DNA of 64,000 nt from a bacterium (GTDB lineage Bacteria; Zhuqueibacterota; Zhuqueibacteria; Residuimicrobiales; Krinioviventaceae). The notes beneath the pieces are model-generated. The model had not been told where the DNA came from. It did not search any database and saw only the letters and a program-made list of their open reading frames with translations. Location of the stretch: contig CAXXFV010000016.1 of the NCBI GenBank assembly GCA_963674595.2, forward strand, positions 320,001 to 384,000. Direction: 5' to 3'. Shown here piece by piece: positions 31,262 to 40,877 of this stretch. Within the stretch, counting starts at the first letter, position 1. Each line of letters starts with the position of its first letter. The position numbers were made by a program, and so were the translations under genes.

Positions 31262-31705
31262 TTATTCGCGTACAACCCACACTTTAACAGCCGCATCAAC
31301 TTCAGAGTGCAGTTTCACCGGTACATCAAATACACCAAGAGCTTTGAGTGGTTCTTCCAAAACAATCTTTTTGCGGTCAATGCTGAAACCTTGATCGTTA
31401 AGTGAATCAGCAATATTTTGGCTGGTTACGGCACCAAAAACTTTTTCTTCCTCACCAACTTGAACAGCAACTGTAACAGAGAGTTTGGATAACTTTTCAG
31501 CTAATTCCTGAGCTTGTTTGATACCGCGCTGTGCACGGATTGTTTCCAGTTTTTGTTCTTCTTCATAAGAACGCATATTACTTTTGTTGGCAAGTATAGC
31601 AAAACCTTGTGGAATCAAAAAATTGCGCGCATAACCGGGTTTTACGTTAACAATTTCTCCGGATTTCCCAAGAGTTTCATAATCTTTTTTTAATATTACC
31701 TTCAT
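31262..31705 (-). CDS. rplI: 50S ribosomal protein L9
   Basis: MKVILKKD, VKPGYARNFLIP. Confidence 0.97.
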   Translation of the reverse strand: MKVILKKDYETLGKSGEIVNVKPGYARNFLIPQGFAILANKSNMRSYEEEQKLETIRAQRGIKQAQELAEKLSKLSVTVAVQVGEEEKVFGAVTSQNIADSLNDQGFSIDRKKIVLEEPLKALGVFDVPVKLHSEVDAAVKVWVVRE

Positions 31706-31721
31706 AATTTCCTTTCCTTAA

Positions 31722-31943
31722 TTATCGGGTAAAATCGGCTATATAAGGAATAAGTGCCAATTCGCGCGCATTTTTTATGGCCATGACTAATTGTCGTTGA
31801 TGTTTTGCACATGTTCCTGATGTACGTCTTGGGATGATTTTTCCCTGTTCGGTAGTAAACCGCATGAGTCTTTTTTCATCTTTATAATCAATAAAGTCAA
31901 CCTGTTCTTCACAGAATCGACAAATACGTTTCTTCTTTAACAT
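31722..31943 (-). CDS. rpsR: 30S ribosomal protein S18 (Zn-binding form)
   Basis: CRFC, IDYKD, GKIIPRR, CAKHQR. Confidence 0.97.
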   Translation of the reverse strand: MLKKKRICRFCEEQVDFIDYKDEKRLMRFTTEQGKIIPRRTSGTCAKHQRQLVMAIKNARELALIPYIADFTR

Positions 31944-31973
31944 TATGTCTCCTCTAATGGATATATAAATGTT

Positions 31974-32468
31974 TTAAATTTGCAAATCTTGATATCCAAA
32001 ATCAAAATCTGTATTATCTACTTGAATATCTTCTGATGAAGTATTTTGTTCAATTTCGGGAATATTCGTTGTATCTTCTTCATTGGTTTCAGTTGGCGCA
32101 TTTTCTTCAATTTCTTTGGTAGATTTTCGGTCCAGAAATTGAATTCGTCTGGCCCGAATTTCAACTACGTTTCTTGTTGTGCCGTCTTCATTACGCCAAA
32201 TTCTGCTTTGAAGTTCTCCATCAACAAGAACAGAGCTGCCTTTTTTTAATATTTCAAGGCATGTTTCTGCCAATTTATGCCATGCAACGATCCCAATGAA
32301 ACAAACATTTTCCCGCCAAATGCCGGAATTATCTTTATATTTTCTGTTTGATGCAATATGAAAATTAATAACAGGTGTTCCGTTAGATGTTTTACGGAAC
32401 ATCGGATCATTTGTCAATTTTCCGGCAATTAAAGTGTTATTGATATCTGGCATTTTCAATTCTGCCAT
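31974..32468 (-). CDS. ssb: Single-stranded DNA-binding protein
   Basis: OB fold (GKLTNDP, VLVDGELQSR), rpsF-ssb-rpsR synteny. Confidence 0.9.
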   Translation of the reverse strand: MAELKMPDINNTLIAGKLTNDPMFRKTSNGTPVINFHIASNRKYKDNSGIWRENVCFIGIVAWHKLAETCLEILKKGSSVLVDGELQSRIWRNEDGTTRNVVEIRARRIQFLDRKSTKEIEENAPTETNEEDTTNIPEIEQNTSSEDIQVDNTDFDFGYQDLQI

Positions 32469-32531
32469 AATTAACTCCTAATTATCAAAGCCAGGAATCT
32501 TTTGTTAATTTAAGTATTAAATCCAATACTT

Positions 32532-33035
32532 TTATTTTTCTTCTTCTTCTTCTTCAGTTGAATCTTTTACCTGTTCCTCTTCTGTTGAGACAGGTTCTTC
32601 ATCACTTGAATCATCAATTTTTTCTGAAGGAGTTTCTACTGATTCAGATGGAGTACTTTTATCCTCTGCTGAACTAACGGAATCTTTATCCTCAGTCTTT
32701 TCAACTGTTGGAATAACAGATTGACTTTTTTCCAAAGCTTTTAACGCTTTTTTATCCATGACAAAGGTTTTATATCTCAAAATTGATTCATTTAGACGAT
32801 ATTCACGTTCCAATTGTTTAATCATGGAGCCTGGGCCGTCAAATCGAATTAATACATAATAACCGTATTGTCTTTTTTTGATTTCATAGGCCAGCCGTTT
32901 TTTGCCCCATTTGTCAACCGTTTCTATCTGGCCGCCATTAGCAGAGATGAATCTTTCATATTTATTGATGATGCTTTCAATTTCTTCAGCTTTTAAAAGT
33001 GAATCAACAACAAATATTGTTTCGTATTTTTGCAA
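32532..33035 (-). CDS. rpsF: 30S ribosomal protein S6 with long acidic tail
   Basis: KYETIFVV, WGKKRLAYEIKK, GYYVL. TTG start at 33035 behind GGAGG. Confidence 0.96.
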   Translation of the reverse strand: MQKYETIFVVDSLLKAEEIESIINKYERFISANGGQIETVDKWGKKRLAYEIKKRQYGYYVLIRFDGPGSMIKQLEREYRLNESILRYKTFVMDKKALKALEKSQSVIPTVEKTEDKDSVSSAEDKSTPSESVETPSEKIDDSSDEEPVSTEEEQVKDSTEEEEEEK

Positions 33036-33129
33036 GTTTTCCTCCAAAAAGTTGATTTTTAATGTTTTTAAACATGTTTACCTGGCGAAGGCGTAGTTTA
33101 AAAAATATATAAATCGTAACAATTCTCTT

Positions 33130-33714
33130 TTAGTTTGTTTTTTCTTCAGTATTGATAAGGTTCATTGTCTTATCAATACCTATGGAAATAAAATTTCTTA
33201 TAGTAATAATGGCCTGTGTTTTAATTTCGTCTAGTTTTGCATTTTCGTTTTTTGAAAATGAAGATAAAACATAATCGGCCATATTTTCTTTTGCATATTC
33301 TCCGCCGATTCCAATTCGCAAGCGGGCAAAATCTTTAGTGCCTAAGTGACTGATGATGGATTTCATTCCATTATGTCCACCAGCACTTCCTTGGGGGCGC
33401 AAACGAATCTTGCCAAATGGCAAGTCAGTATCGTCATATATTACTAAAAAGTTTGACAATTCAATTTTGTAAAACCTGCATAATTCACTAACAGCCAGTC
33501 CGCTGTTGTTCATGAATGTTTGTGGCTTTGCAAGAATTGCTGAATTTCTTTCAAGGACTAAATCGCAGATTTCTGATTGAAATTTACTTTTTTTAAACTT
33601 TTCTCGTGCATCGTCAGCGAGTTGATCAAGTATTAAAAAACCGCAATTATGTCTTGTTTTTGAATATTTTCGACCCGGGTTTCCCAGGCCGACAATTAAA
33701 TATTTATCCTGCAT
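33130..33714 (-). CDS. pth: Peptidyl-tRNA hydrolase
   Basis: IVGLGNPG, TRHN, KPQTFMNNSG, GGHNGMKSI. Confidence 0.97.
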   Translation of the reverse strand: MQDKYLIVGLGNPGRKYSKTRHNCGFLILDQLADDAREKFKKSKFQSEICDLVLERNSAILAKPQTFMNNSGLAVSELCRFYKIELSNFLVIYDDTDLPFGKIRLRPQGSAGGHNGMKSIISHLGTKDFARLRIGIGGEYAKENMADYVLSSFSKNENAKLDEIKTQAIITIRNFISIGIDKTMNLINTEEKTN

Positions 33715-33734
33715 TTTAAACGGGCGTTTTAATT

Positions 33735-34355
33735 TTATTCTTTAGATTGCCCGATGACTTCAGGTTCAGCACTTTCTTCTTCTACTTCAGATTCTTCTGT
33801 TTCAGATACACGTGGCGGTGAAACTGTTGCTATGATTGTTTCGGCTTCATTAAGTATATCATATTTTTCAGTTTTAATATCAGCAATGCTTAAAGTTTGA
33901 TTTAAACCAACATCGCTAACATCAACTTCAATGTTTTCAGGGATGTCTGTCGGCAAACATTCAACTTCGATCTCTCTTAATATATGCTGCAAAATACCGC
34001 CGTGGTTTTTAACACCGTCCGGAGTGCCTGTCAAGTGTAAAGGAACAGAAACAGTAACTTTTTCATCCAATTTAACACCCATTAAATCTACATGGATAGG
34101 TGCGTGTGTTAATGGATTATATTGAATTTCTCTGATAAGACATTTTTTGTTTTCTTTACCATCGATTGTTATGTTGATCAAATGTGCTTCGTGTCCTAAA
34201 ATACTCTTTAATTCGCTATACAGCAAGAAAACAGGAAACGTATCCTTACCGTGAAAATAATAAACACCTGGTATTTTCCCCTCTCTGCGGGCTTTTCTAG
34301 CCACTTCTTTACCAGTATCGGTACGTTTCTCAATATTTAAAATAAAATCAGTCAT
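33735..34355 (-). CDS. rplY: 50S ribosomal protein L25/Ctc
   Basis: RREGKIPGVYY, HVDL, GGILQH, LPTDIPENIEVD. Start set at ATG 34355 behind GGAG. Confidence 0.95.
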   Translation of the reverse strand: MTDFILNIEKRTDTGKEVARKARREGKIPGVYYFHGKDTFPVFLLYSELKSILGHEAHLINITIDGKENKKCLIREIQYNPLTHAPIHVDLMGVKLDEKVTVSVPLHLTGTPDGVKNHGGILQHILREIEVECLPTDIPENIEVDVSDVGLNQTLSIADIKTEKYDILNEAETIIATVSPPRVSETEESEVEEESAEPEVIGQSKE

Positions 34356-34398
34356 TTTTTTCTCCAAAATTATATATTTCGATACTCTACATTTTTTA

Positions 34399-35355
34399 TC
34401 AAGCTGGACTTTTTTCCGGAAATAAATCAGAGATGGATCGTTCAAAATGAATACGATCAATTGCATCAGCAAGCAGTTCAGAAACAGAGATAATTTCCAA
34501 TTTTGAAAATATTTTATTTTCCGGAATATGAATAGAATCTGTAAAAAATATTTTGGAAATGGGCGCTTGTGAAAGTCGTTCTACAGCATTTCCCGATAAA
34601 ATAGGGTGTGTGCTGGCAACGTATATTTCTTTGGCACCTTGTTTTTTTAAAACATTAATACCATTAACAAGTGTTCCTGCTGTATCAACCAAATCATCAA
34701 CAAGCAGAACGTTTTTATCTTTAACATCTCCAATTAATCGAGTTACCTCACAAACATTGTGTTTTACTCTTCTTTTGTCCAGAATAGCCAGTTCGCAGGA
34801 TAACCTCTGACCATAGGAACGCGCCAGACTTATACCGCCTATATCAGGTGAGGCAATTACCAGGTCTTCGAGTTCCATTTTTCGAATATGGTCGATAAAA
34901 ATTGATGCACCATAAAGATGGTCCAGCGGAATATCAAAAAAGCCTTGTAACTGAGGTGCATGCAAGTCCATTGTCAGGACTCTGTCTGCGCCGGCTTTTG
35001 TTAATAGATTAGCAACCAGTTTTGCACTTATTGATACCCGGGGTTGGTCCTTACGATCTTGACGTGCATAGCCAAAATAGGGGATAACGGCCGTAATACG
35101 ATAGGCAGATGCACGATGTGCGGCATCTATCATAATTAACAATTCTAAAAGATTTTCAGCAGGAGCATTCGTTGATTGAACGATAAAAACATCTGCACCA
35201 CGAATATTTTCTTCGTATTTGACCCAAATTTCATCATCAGAAAAATTTTTTATAGTGACCCGGCCTAATGGTTGGCCCAAGGCAGAGGCAATTTTAGTTG
35301 CCAGTTGTAGATTGGAACGCCCGGAAAAAATTTTTAGCTCACGATTGCTGGACAT
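34399..35355 (-). CDS. prs: Ribose-phosphate pyrophosphokinase
   Basis: FSDDEI, PYFGYARQDRK, DLHAPQ, VDDLVDTAGT. Confidence 0.97.
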   Translation of the reverse strand: MSSNRELKIFSGRSNLQLATKIASALGQPLGRVTIKNFSDDEIWVKYEENIRGADVFIVQSTNAPAENLLELLIMIDAAHRASAYRITAVIPYFGYARQDRKDQPRVSISAKLVANLLTKAGADRVLTMDLHAPQLQGFFDIPLDHLYGASIFIDHIRKMELEDLVIASPDIGGISLARSYGQRLSCELAILDKRRVKHNVCEVTRLIGDVKDKNVLLVDDLVDTAGTLVNGINVLKKQGAKEIYVASTHPILSGNAVERLSQAPISKIFFTDSIHIPENKIFSKLEIISVSELLADAIDRIHFERSISDLFPEKSPA

Positions 35356-35440
35356 ATTATTCTATGCTTTATTTATCATTCGAATTTTTTTGTCAAACTC
35401 CGTTTGAAGTAATTCAAAAAGTGTTTAATTAGATAAAACG

Positions 35441-35479
35441 AAAAAAATGACGAAAATCACCTTGAACTTTCGTCATTTT
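35441..35479 (-). terminator. Hairpin/terminator downstream of tRNA-Gln
   Basis: 12-bp inverted repeat AAAATGACGAAA/TTTCGTCATTTT ending in a T-run on the minus strand. Confidence 0.6.
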
Positions 35480-35493
35480 AATATTTCAGAATG

Positions 35494-35565
35494 CTGGGGC
35501 GGGAGGATTCGAACCTCCGAATGCAGGTACCAAAAACCTGTGTCTTGCCGCTTGACGACGCCCCA
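35494..35565 (-). tRNA. tRNA-Gln(TTG), CCA not encoded
   Basis: TGGGGCG...CAGGT-TT-TTG-GT-ACCTG...GGTTCGAATCC...CGCCCCAG; conserved ispE-tRNA-Gln-prs synteny. Confidence 0.96.
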
Positions 35566-35610
35566 AACCTTGTATTTAAAAAATACAGAATTTCAAGATT
35601 CATGTATTTT

Positions 35611-36462
35611 TCAAGTTTCATAAATCGGTTTGAAAAGAACGGTTTTATATTTTTTCTTTTCAAGGTCATCAGATGCATTTTTTGCAGTTTCTTTAGATTT
35701 GTATAACCCAAAAATAGAAGAACCGCTTCCGGACATTTGTGCGAAAAAAGCACCACTGTTATATAAATAGCCGATCTGATCGTTTAGCTCCGGATGTTTT
35801 GTAAAAACAACGGATTCCAGATCATTCTTTAAAAAATATCTCCAGCTTTCCAGATCACTAATGCTAGAGATAAAACTTTTAAAGTTACTATTTTTTAGGG
35901 ATTTTGTCAAGTCATATTTAAAATTTTGATATGCCCATTGTGTAGAAATGTGCATGTCGTTTAAAATTAAGACTCCGTGATAATCCGGCTTTTTTAAGAT
36001 CGGTGTTAATTTTTCGCCTCTTCCTTCTCCAAAGGCCAGGCCCCCGTAAATAAAAAACGGCACGTCCGATCCAAGTCTCGCTGCAATGTCAAGTATTTCT
36101 GTCTGTGATAATCCGCAATTCCATGTTTTGTTCAATTCCAGTAATGTTGCTGCTGCATTGCTGCTACCTCCACCAAGTCCGGCACCCGGAGGGATATTTT
36201 TGTAAAGCGTTATTTCAAAGTCTGTTGGTATTGAAGCTTTTTTACATATTTGGTCTACAGCTTTAAAAACGAGATTTGTTTCATCTTCGGGACATATTTG
36301 AGGAATCGACTTTAATTTAAAACCGATTTCAGATTCTTTAATATGAATTGTATCTTTAAAGCTGATTAGTTGAAACAACGTTTCAATGTTATGGTAATTG
36401 TCGTGCCTTTTTTGGGTGATGTGTAAACCCAAATTGATTTTGGCAAAGGAATTGATTGTCAA
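35611..36462 (-). CDS. ispE: 4-diphosphocytidyl-2-C-methyl-D-erythritol kinase
   Basis: AKINLGL, KNIPPGAGLGGGSSNAA, LGSDVPFF, MSGSGS. Confidence 0.96.
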   Translation of the reverse strand: MTINSFAKINLGLHITQKRHDNYHNIETLFQLISFKDTIHIKESEIGFKLKSIPQICPEDETNLVFKAVDQICKKASIPTDFEITLYKNIPPGAGLGGGSSNAAATLLELNKTWNCGLSQTEILDIAARLGSDVPFFIYGGLAFGEGRGEKLTPILKKPDYHGVLILNDMHISTQWAYQNFKYDLTKSLKNSNFKSFISSISDLESWRYFLKNDLESVVFTKHPELNDQIGYLYNSGAFFAQMSGSGSSIFGLYKSKETAKNASDDLEKKKYKTVLFKPIYET

Positions 36463-36491
36463 AAATGCCTCAATCGGATTTTACTGTCTGT

Positions 36492-36776
36492 TTATTTTGC
36501 TTTGGCAGCGACAGCTGGTATTAAATTCTCTACATCAGAATGAGGGCGTGGAATGACATGGATTGACAGCAATTCACCAACTTTTTCTGCTGCTGCTGCA
36601 CCTGCATCTGTAGCTGCTTTTACGGCACCTACATCACCACGTACCAGTACTGTAACCAATCCTCCGCCAATTCTTTCTGTGCCTAAAAGGGTAACTTTGG
36701 CTGCTTTTAACATGGCGTCGGCGGCTTCTACCGCTGCAACAAATCCACGTGTTTCTATCATTCCTAAGGCTTCCAT
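36492..36776 (-). CDS. Bacterial microcompartment hexameric shell protein (BMC-H, EutM/PduA-like)
   Basis: [46 protein letters not shown] 36776 behind GGAGG. Confidence 0.95.
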   Translation of the reverse strand: MEALGMIETRGFVAAVEAADAMLKAAKVTLLGTERIGGGLVTVLVRGDVGAVKAATDAGAAAAEKVGELLSIHVIPRPHSDVENLIPAVAAKAK

Positions 36777-36993
36777 TGAGTACAATGCCTCCTGTTTAAC
36801 ATTTTTATAGTTACTTTTGATTTAAAAATGAAAAATAAAGTACTAAACTTTTGTTTTATTGTCAACTTAATTTTTAGACATGTTCTGGTGTCTGCTTATT
36901 GAGCGTTTTAATTACGAGTAAACTTTCTGTCTTGATTTTATAACGGGGTATGCGTACCTTTTGTAAATTTATTCTAAATTATTTTTTAAGGTT

Positions 36994-37767
36994 ATGGAAA
37001 AAATATTTTTACTGTCAGATGCTCATCTTGGTGCCCAAAATGAGCAGGTTGAAAAATTAAAATCGGAAAAATTGTGCTCATTTTTAGAGTTTGTGTATGA
37101 GCAACATGGCCGTTTGATTATTTGTGGTGATTTGTTTGATTTTTGGTTTGAATATAGTCATGTTGTTCCCAAACTTCATTTTCGTGTTCTGAGCCTTTTA
37201 GCTCGTTTGATTGAAAAGGGGCTTCAGGTAGATTATATTTGCGGGAATCATGACTTTTGGCTTAATTCGTTTATTCGAGATCAGGTTGGAATATCTGTTC
37301 ATCAGGATGAATTGATCATTAACGGTGATTCGCAAAAGATTTATATTCGTCATGGAGACGGGTTGTTAAAGAATGATTATTTATATCGCTGCCTTAAAAA
37401 AATATTACGCAGCCGGATTTGTATTATGCTGTATCGATGCCTGCATCCGGATATCGGTATTCCTGTCGCATTATTTGCGGCTCATCTAAGCCGGAACGCT
37501 GCCAAATCCAGGCCTGATTATTGCGATGTGGACTATCGGCAGTATTCGTTCCAAAAAATTGAGCAAGGTTTTGATATGGTTGTTCTCGGACATACGCACT
37601 GGCCGGCCCTGGAAGCTTATAAAAACGGGTGGTACATAAATCCGGGTATGTGGATGAACAAGTTTACGTTTGCCGTGATTGAGAATAACAAGCCCACTGT
37701 ATTTAGTTGGGATGGCAAACAGCCTCAACCTGTTGAATTAAGCTTACCGCCGGGGAATATAAAATGA
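36994..37767 (+). CDS. lpxH: UDP-2,3-diacylglucosamine hydrolase (LpxH-like metallophosphoesterase)
   Basis: SDAHLG, GDLFDFWFEY, GNHD, HGD, GHTH. Confidence 0.78.
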   Translation: MEKIFLLSDAHLGAQNEQVEKLKSEKLCSFLEFVYEQHGRLIICGDLFDFWFEYSHVVPKLHFRVLSLLARLIEKGLQVDYICGNHDFWLNSFIRDQVGISVHQDELIINGDSQKIYIRHGDGLLKNDYLYRCLKKILRSRICIMLYRCLHPDIGIPVALFAAHLSRNAAKSRPDYCDVDYRQYSFQKIEQGFDMVVLGHTHWPALEAYKNGWYINPGMWMNKFTFAVIENNKPTVFSWDGKQPQPVELSLPPGNIK

Positions 37768-37797
37768 AATATCAGCTTTTGAATGGAGTGTTGATTT

Positions 37798-38592
37798 TTG
37801 TCGTTTCGTAGGAAAATATTCAAGTGGAAAGATTATATTCTTCTTTTCGTGCTGCTGGTTATTTCATTTTTAATGATTTTATTTACAAATAGTCCTGATA
37901 AAAATGTGGGGATTTATAATTTAACCCGTGATGTTTTGGGTAATGTCTTTTTGCCGGTTTCAGAGATGAAGGGATTGTTTGAAATTAAAGAAGAAAATGA
38001 AAAGCTGCGAGTTCAAAACAATTCATTAAAACGGCAGCTCGAATTACTTGAAGAAGCAAAGCAGGAAAATGCAAGACTGCGACAGTTATTGTCGTTTGCC
38101 GAGAACGTTGATTATAACTATGCTGCCGCAAAGGTAATTCGAGAGTCAGATGTTTATGGCATCAAGACTGTTATTCTAAATATCGGCAACGACAACGGTA
38201 TTAAAACAAATTTTCCTGTCGTTTGTGCAGAAGGGCTGGTAGGAAGGATTATTCAATGCTCTGCAAATACTTCCGTTGTACAGTTGTTGAATGATGTAAA
38301 TTTTCGTTCTCTGGCGCGAATTCAGGAAAGCCGGGTGGCAGGATTGTTTAAATGGACGCTTCAAAACAGGGGTGAACTTTATGGCATTCATAAAAGACAT
38401 CAAGTGCGGGAAGGATTTAAAGTGATAACATCCGGGCTTAATTCATTATATCCCGCCGGTCTGGAAATTGGCACAATTATAAAAGTTACCATTGATCGAA
38501 ATAGTTTGTTTCAAAACATTATTGTTGAGCCAAGTGTCGATTTTAACTCATTGGAAGAAGTTTTTGTTTTAATAACAGGGGAGAATCCATAA
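37798..38592 (+). CDS. mreC: Rod shape-determining protein MreC
   Basis: TM, coiled coil ENARLRQLL, GLVGRI, TSGLNSLYPAG. Confidence 0.93.
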   Translation: MSFRRKIFKWKDYILLFVLLVISFLMILFTNSPDKNVGIYNLTRDVLGNVFLPVSEMKGLFEIKEENEKLRVQNNSLKRQLELLEEAKQENARLRQLLSFAENVDYNYAAAKVIRESDVYGIKTVILNIGNDNGIKTNFPVVCAEGLVGRIIQCSANTSVVQLLNDVNFRSLARIQESRVAGLFKWTLQNRGELYGIHKRHQVREGFKVITSGLNSLYPAGLEIGTIIKVTIDRNSLFQNIIVEPSVDFNSLEEVFVLITGENP

Positions 38593-38593
38593 C

Positions 38594-39079
38594 GTGAGAT
38601 TGGCGTTTGCTGTTTTTCTTTTAGCTCTTACATTAGTATTACAACACCTTTTAGGTGGTTTGATATCAGTCCGCGATATAAGCCCTGTATTTTATATTAT
38701 CGTTTTATTATATTCATGCTATTTAACGGGACGTTTTCAGGTTTTGCTGTTGGCGTTTGTGTTTGGTACGCTTTATGATATAATTAACGGCAGCCTGGTT
38801 GGTGCCGGAACGTTTGCAGCAATTGTTGCTGTGTTTGTGTTTAAGACATATATTATGAACAAATCCCGGCATTATTTTCCACGGTTTTTGGTTTTTTATG
38901 CACTTGCTTTATTTATATACTTTAGCTTTTTTTATTTTATAATTTTTATCGGAACTAATTCACTGGGGTCAATATTTTTTAGATATATTCTTCCGGTCTT
39001 TATCTATACTCAGCTTGCGGCTTTATTGATATATTTGATTTTACCTGGCTGGCTATTTGATAATGAGTCCGAATGGTAG
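38594..39079 (+). CDS. mreD: Rod shape-determining protein MreD
   Basis: Hydrophobic 161 aa with GTLYD motif, located between mreC and mrdA. Confidence 0.85.
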   Translation: MRLAFAVFLLALTLVLQHLLGGLISVRDISPVFYIIVLLYSCYLTGRFQVLLLAFVFGTLYDIINGSLVGAGTFAAIVAVFVFKTYIMNKSRHYFPRFLVFYALALFIYFSFFYFIIFIGTNSLGSIFFRYILPVFIYTQLAALLIYLILPGWLFDNESEW

Positions 39080-39098
39080 TTTTTAAGCCTGATAGATA

Positions 39099-40862
39099 AT
39101 GTTTTATAATCCTGAACGAAAATATATTTTTTACCTTTTTATTTCAATGGCATTCCTTGTTCTTGGGGCGCGGTTGTTTTATCTGCAAATAATCAAAACT
39201 CAAAAGTACACAACACAATCTGAGCGAAATCGTATAAGACGTATTGTGTTAGAACCGGTAAGAGGATTAATTTATGACCGTAATGGTCAGGTTTTGGTTG
39301 AAAACAGACCTTCATATTCCATTAGTGCCATACCCTATGAATGTTTGTCTAATGATTCTACTTTGGTGTTGCTGGCCCAAATACTTAATAAGCCTAAAGA
39401 AGTGATTGTCGAAAAACTCAAAGCTGCGGATTATCCACTGTCGTCTGTTAAAATTGAACGTGACGTATCTCTGGAACAATTGGGTATGGTTGAAGAACGC
39501 GCATTGGAATTGCCCGGTGTTATGCACGATGTGGGAGTTGAGAGAATGTATCCCGGGGGAATAACATCTGCACATTTATTTGGTTATTTGGGTGAAATCT
39601 CCAAGTCGGAACTGGATGTCAGGCGAAAGGACGGCCTTGAACCAGGCAACCTTGTGGGAAAGAAGGGACTTGAAAAACAATATGATACTGTTCTGCGGGG
39701 TAAAAGTGGTTATAATTATGTTGAGGTCAATGCAAGCGGACGGGAAGTTAAAGATGTAGTGCTTGATATTGAAACAGCGCCGTATCCCGGCAATGATATT
39801 TATTTAACAATCGATGTACGTTTGCAAAAACTTGCTGAAGAACTGTTTGCGGAAAAAAGCGGCGGTATTGTTTTGTTGGATGCTATTAACGGTGGTGTTT
39901 TGGTCATGTGTAGTAAACCGGACTATGATCCTGTTATTTTTTCAGGTATTTTAAGCTCTGAAAAATGGCGTCAACTGGTTAATGATGAAAGGCGTCCCTT
40001 GTTTGACAGGATCGTTCAAAGCGAGTATCCCCCCGGGTCCACATTCAAAATGGTTACTGCTGCTGCTGTTATCCAGGAAAATTTGATCGATGTCGAAAAT
40101 GAACACGTCTTTTGTGACGGATATTATAAATTAGGCAGAAGGGCCTACAAATGCTGGAACCAGGATGGTCATGGAAGTGTTGACCTGTTAGAAGCGCTTC
40201 AGGTATCCTGTAATGTGTTTTTTTATAAACAGAGCTTAAAGCTGGATGCTGATGTTTGGGCTGATTATGCAAAAAGGTTTTTGTTTGGAAAATCGACAGG
40301 AATTGATTTGCCCGGTGAAAGTAAAGGTTTGGTTCCTGGCAGGGCTTATTTAAACAAAACCTATGGTGAGAATAAATGGACCAAAGGTACCATGTTAAAT
40401 TTGGGTATTGGGCAGGGCGACTTGCTGGTCACTCCTTTACAAATGGCACAATATGCTATGATTATCGCCAATAATGGTGTTTTTTTCAAGCCTCACTTAT
40501 TGATGAAACAATATGATCCTGTTAAAAAAGCATTTGATTTTTATGAACCGCAATTTATACAGATTGATAGTATTGCAGACAGTGTGTTTGAAATTTTGCG
40601 ACAGGGAATGTTTCGAGTTGTCAATGCAGAACATGGTACTGGAAGAGCATCTGCCCTGAGTAATGTCAAAGTTGCCGGCAAAACCGGTACTGCCCAAAAT
40701 CCACATGGTGATCCTCATGCATGGTTTGTTGGTTTTGCTCCCTATAATGCTCCCCAGGTTGCTATTTGTGTTTTTATTGAAAATGGCGGCGGTGGAGGCG
40801 CTCAGGCAGCCCCAATTGCCAAAAAAATTCTGGAAAAGTATTTTAACCAGGAAGGATTTTGA
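39099..40862 (+). CDS. mrdA: Penicillin-binding protein 2
   Basis: RGLIYDRNG, PPGSTFK (SxxK), SCN (SxN), KTGTAQ. Confidence 0.95.
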   Translation: MFYNPERKYIFYLFISMAFLVLGARLFYLQIIKTQKYTTQSERNRIRRIVLEPVRGLIYDRNGQVLVENRPSYSISAIPYECLSNDSTLVLLAQILNKPKEVIVEKLKAADYPLSSVKIERDVSLEQLGMVEERALELPGVMHDVGVERMYPGGITSAHLFGYLGEISKSELDVRRKDGLEPGNLVGKKGLEKQYDTVLRGKSGYNYVEVNASGREVKDVVLDIETAPYPGNDIYLTIDVRLQKLAEELFAEKSGGIVLLDAINGGVLVMCSKPDYDPVIFSGILSSEKWRQLVNDERRPLFDRIVQSEYPPGSTFKMVTAAAVIQENLIDVENEHVFCDGYYKLGRRAYKCWNQDGHGSVDLLEALQVSCNVFFYKQSLKLDADVWADYAKRFLFGKSTGIDLPGESKGLVPGRAYLNKTYGENKWTKGTMLNLGIGQGDLLVTPLQMAQYAMIIANNGVFFKPHLLMKQYDPVKKAFDFYEPQFIQIDSIADSVFEILRQGMFRVVNAEHGTGRASALSNVKVAGKTGTAQNPHGDPHAWFVGFAPYNAPQVAICVFIENGGGGGAQAAPIAKKILEKYFNQEGF

Positions 40863-40877
40863 AATTAAAAGATTGGA

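Noticed and set aside
33048-33125. S6:S18 autoregulatory leader upstream of rpsF
   Set aside because: Could not identify the expected stem and CCC motif with confidence
34356-34472. N-terminal extension of rplY given in the ORF track
   Set aside because: Overlaps prs; the SD-supported ATG is at 34355
35478-35756. ORFs overlapping tRNA-Gln
   Set aside because: Spurious frames across the tRNA and the ispE end
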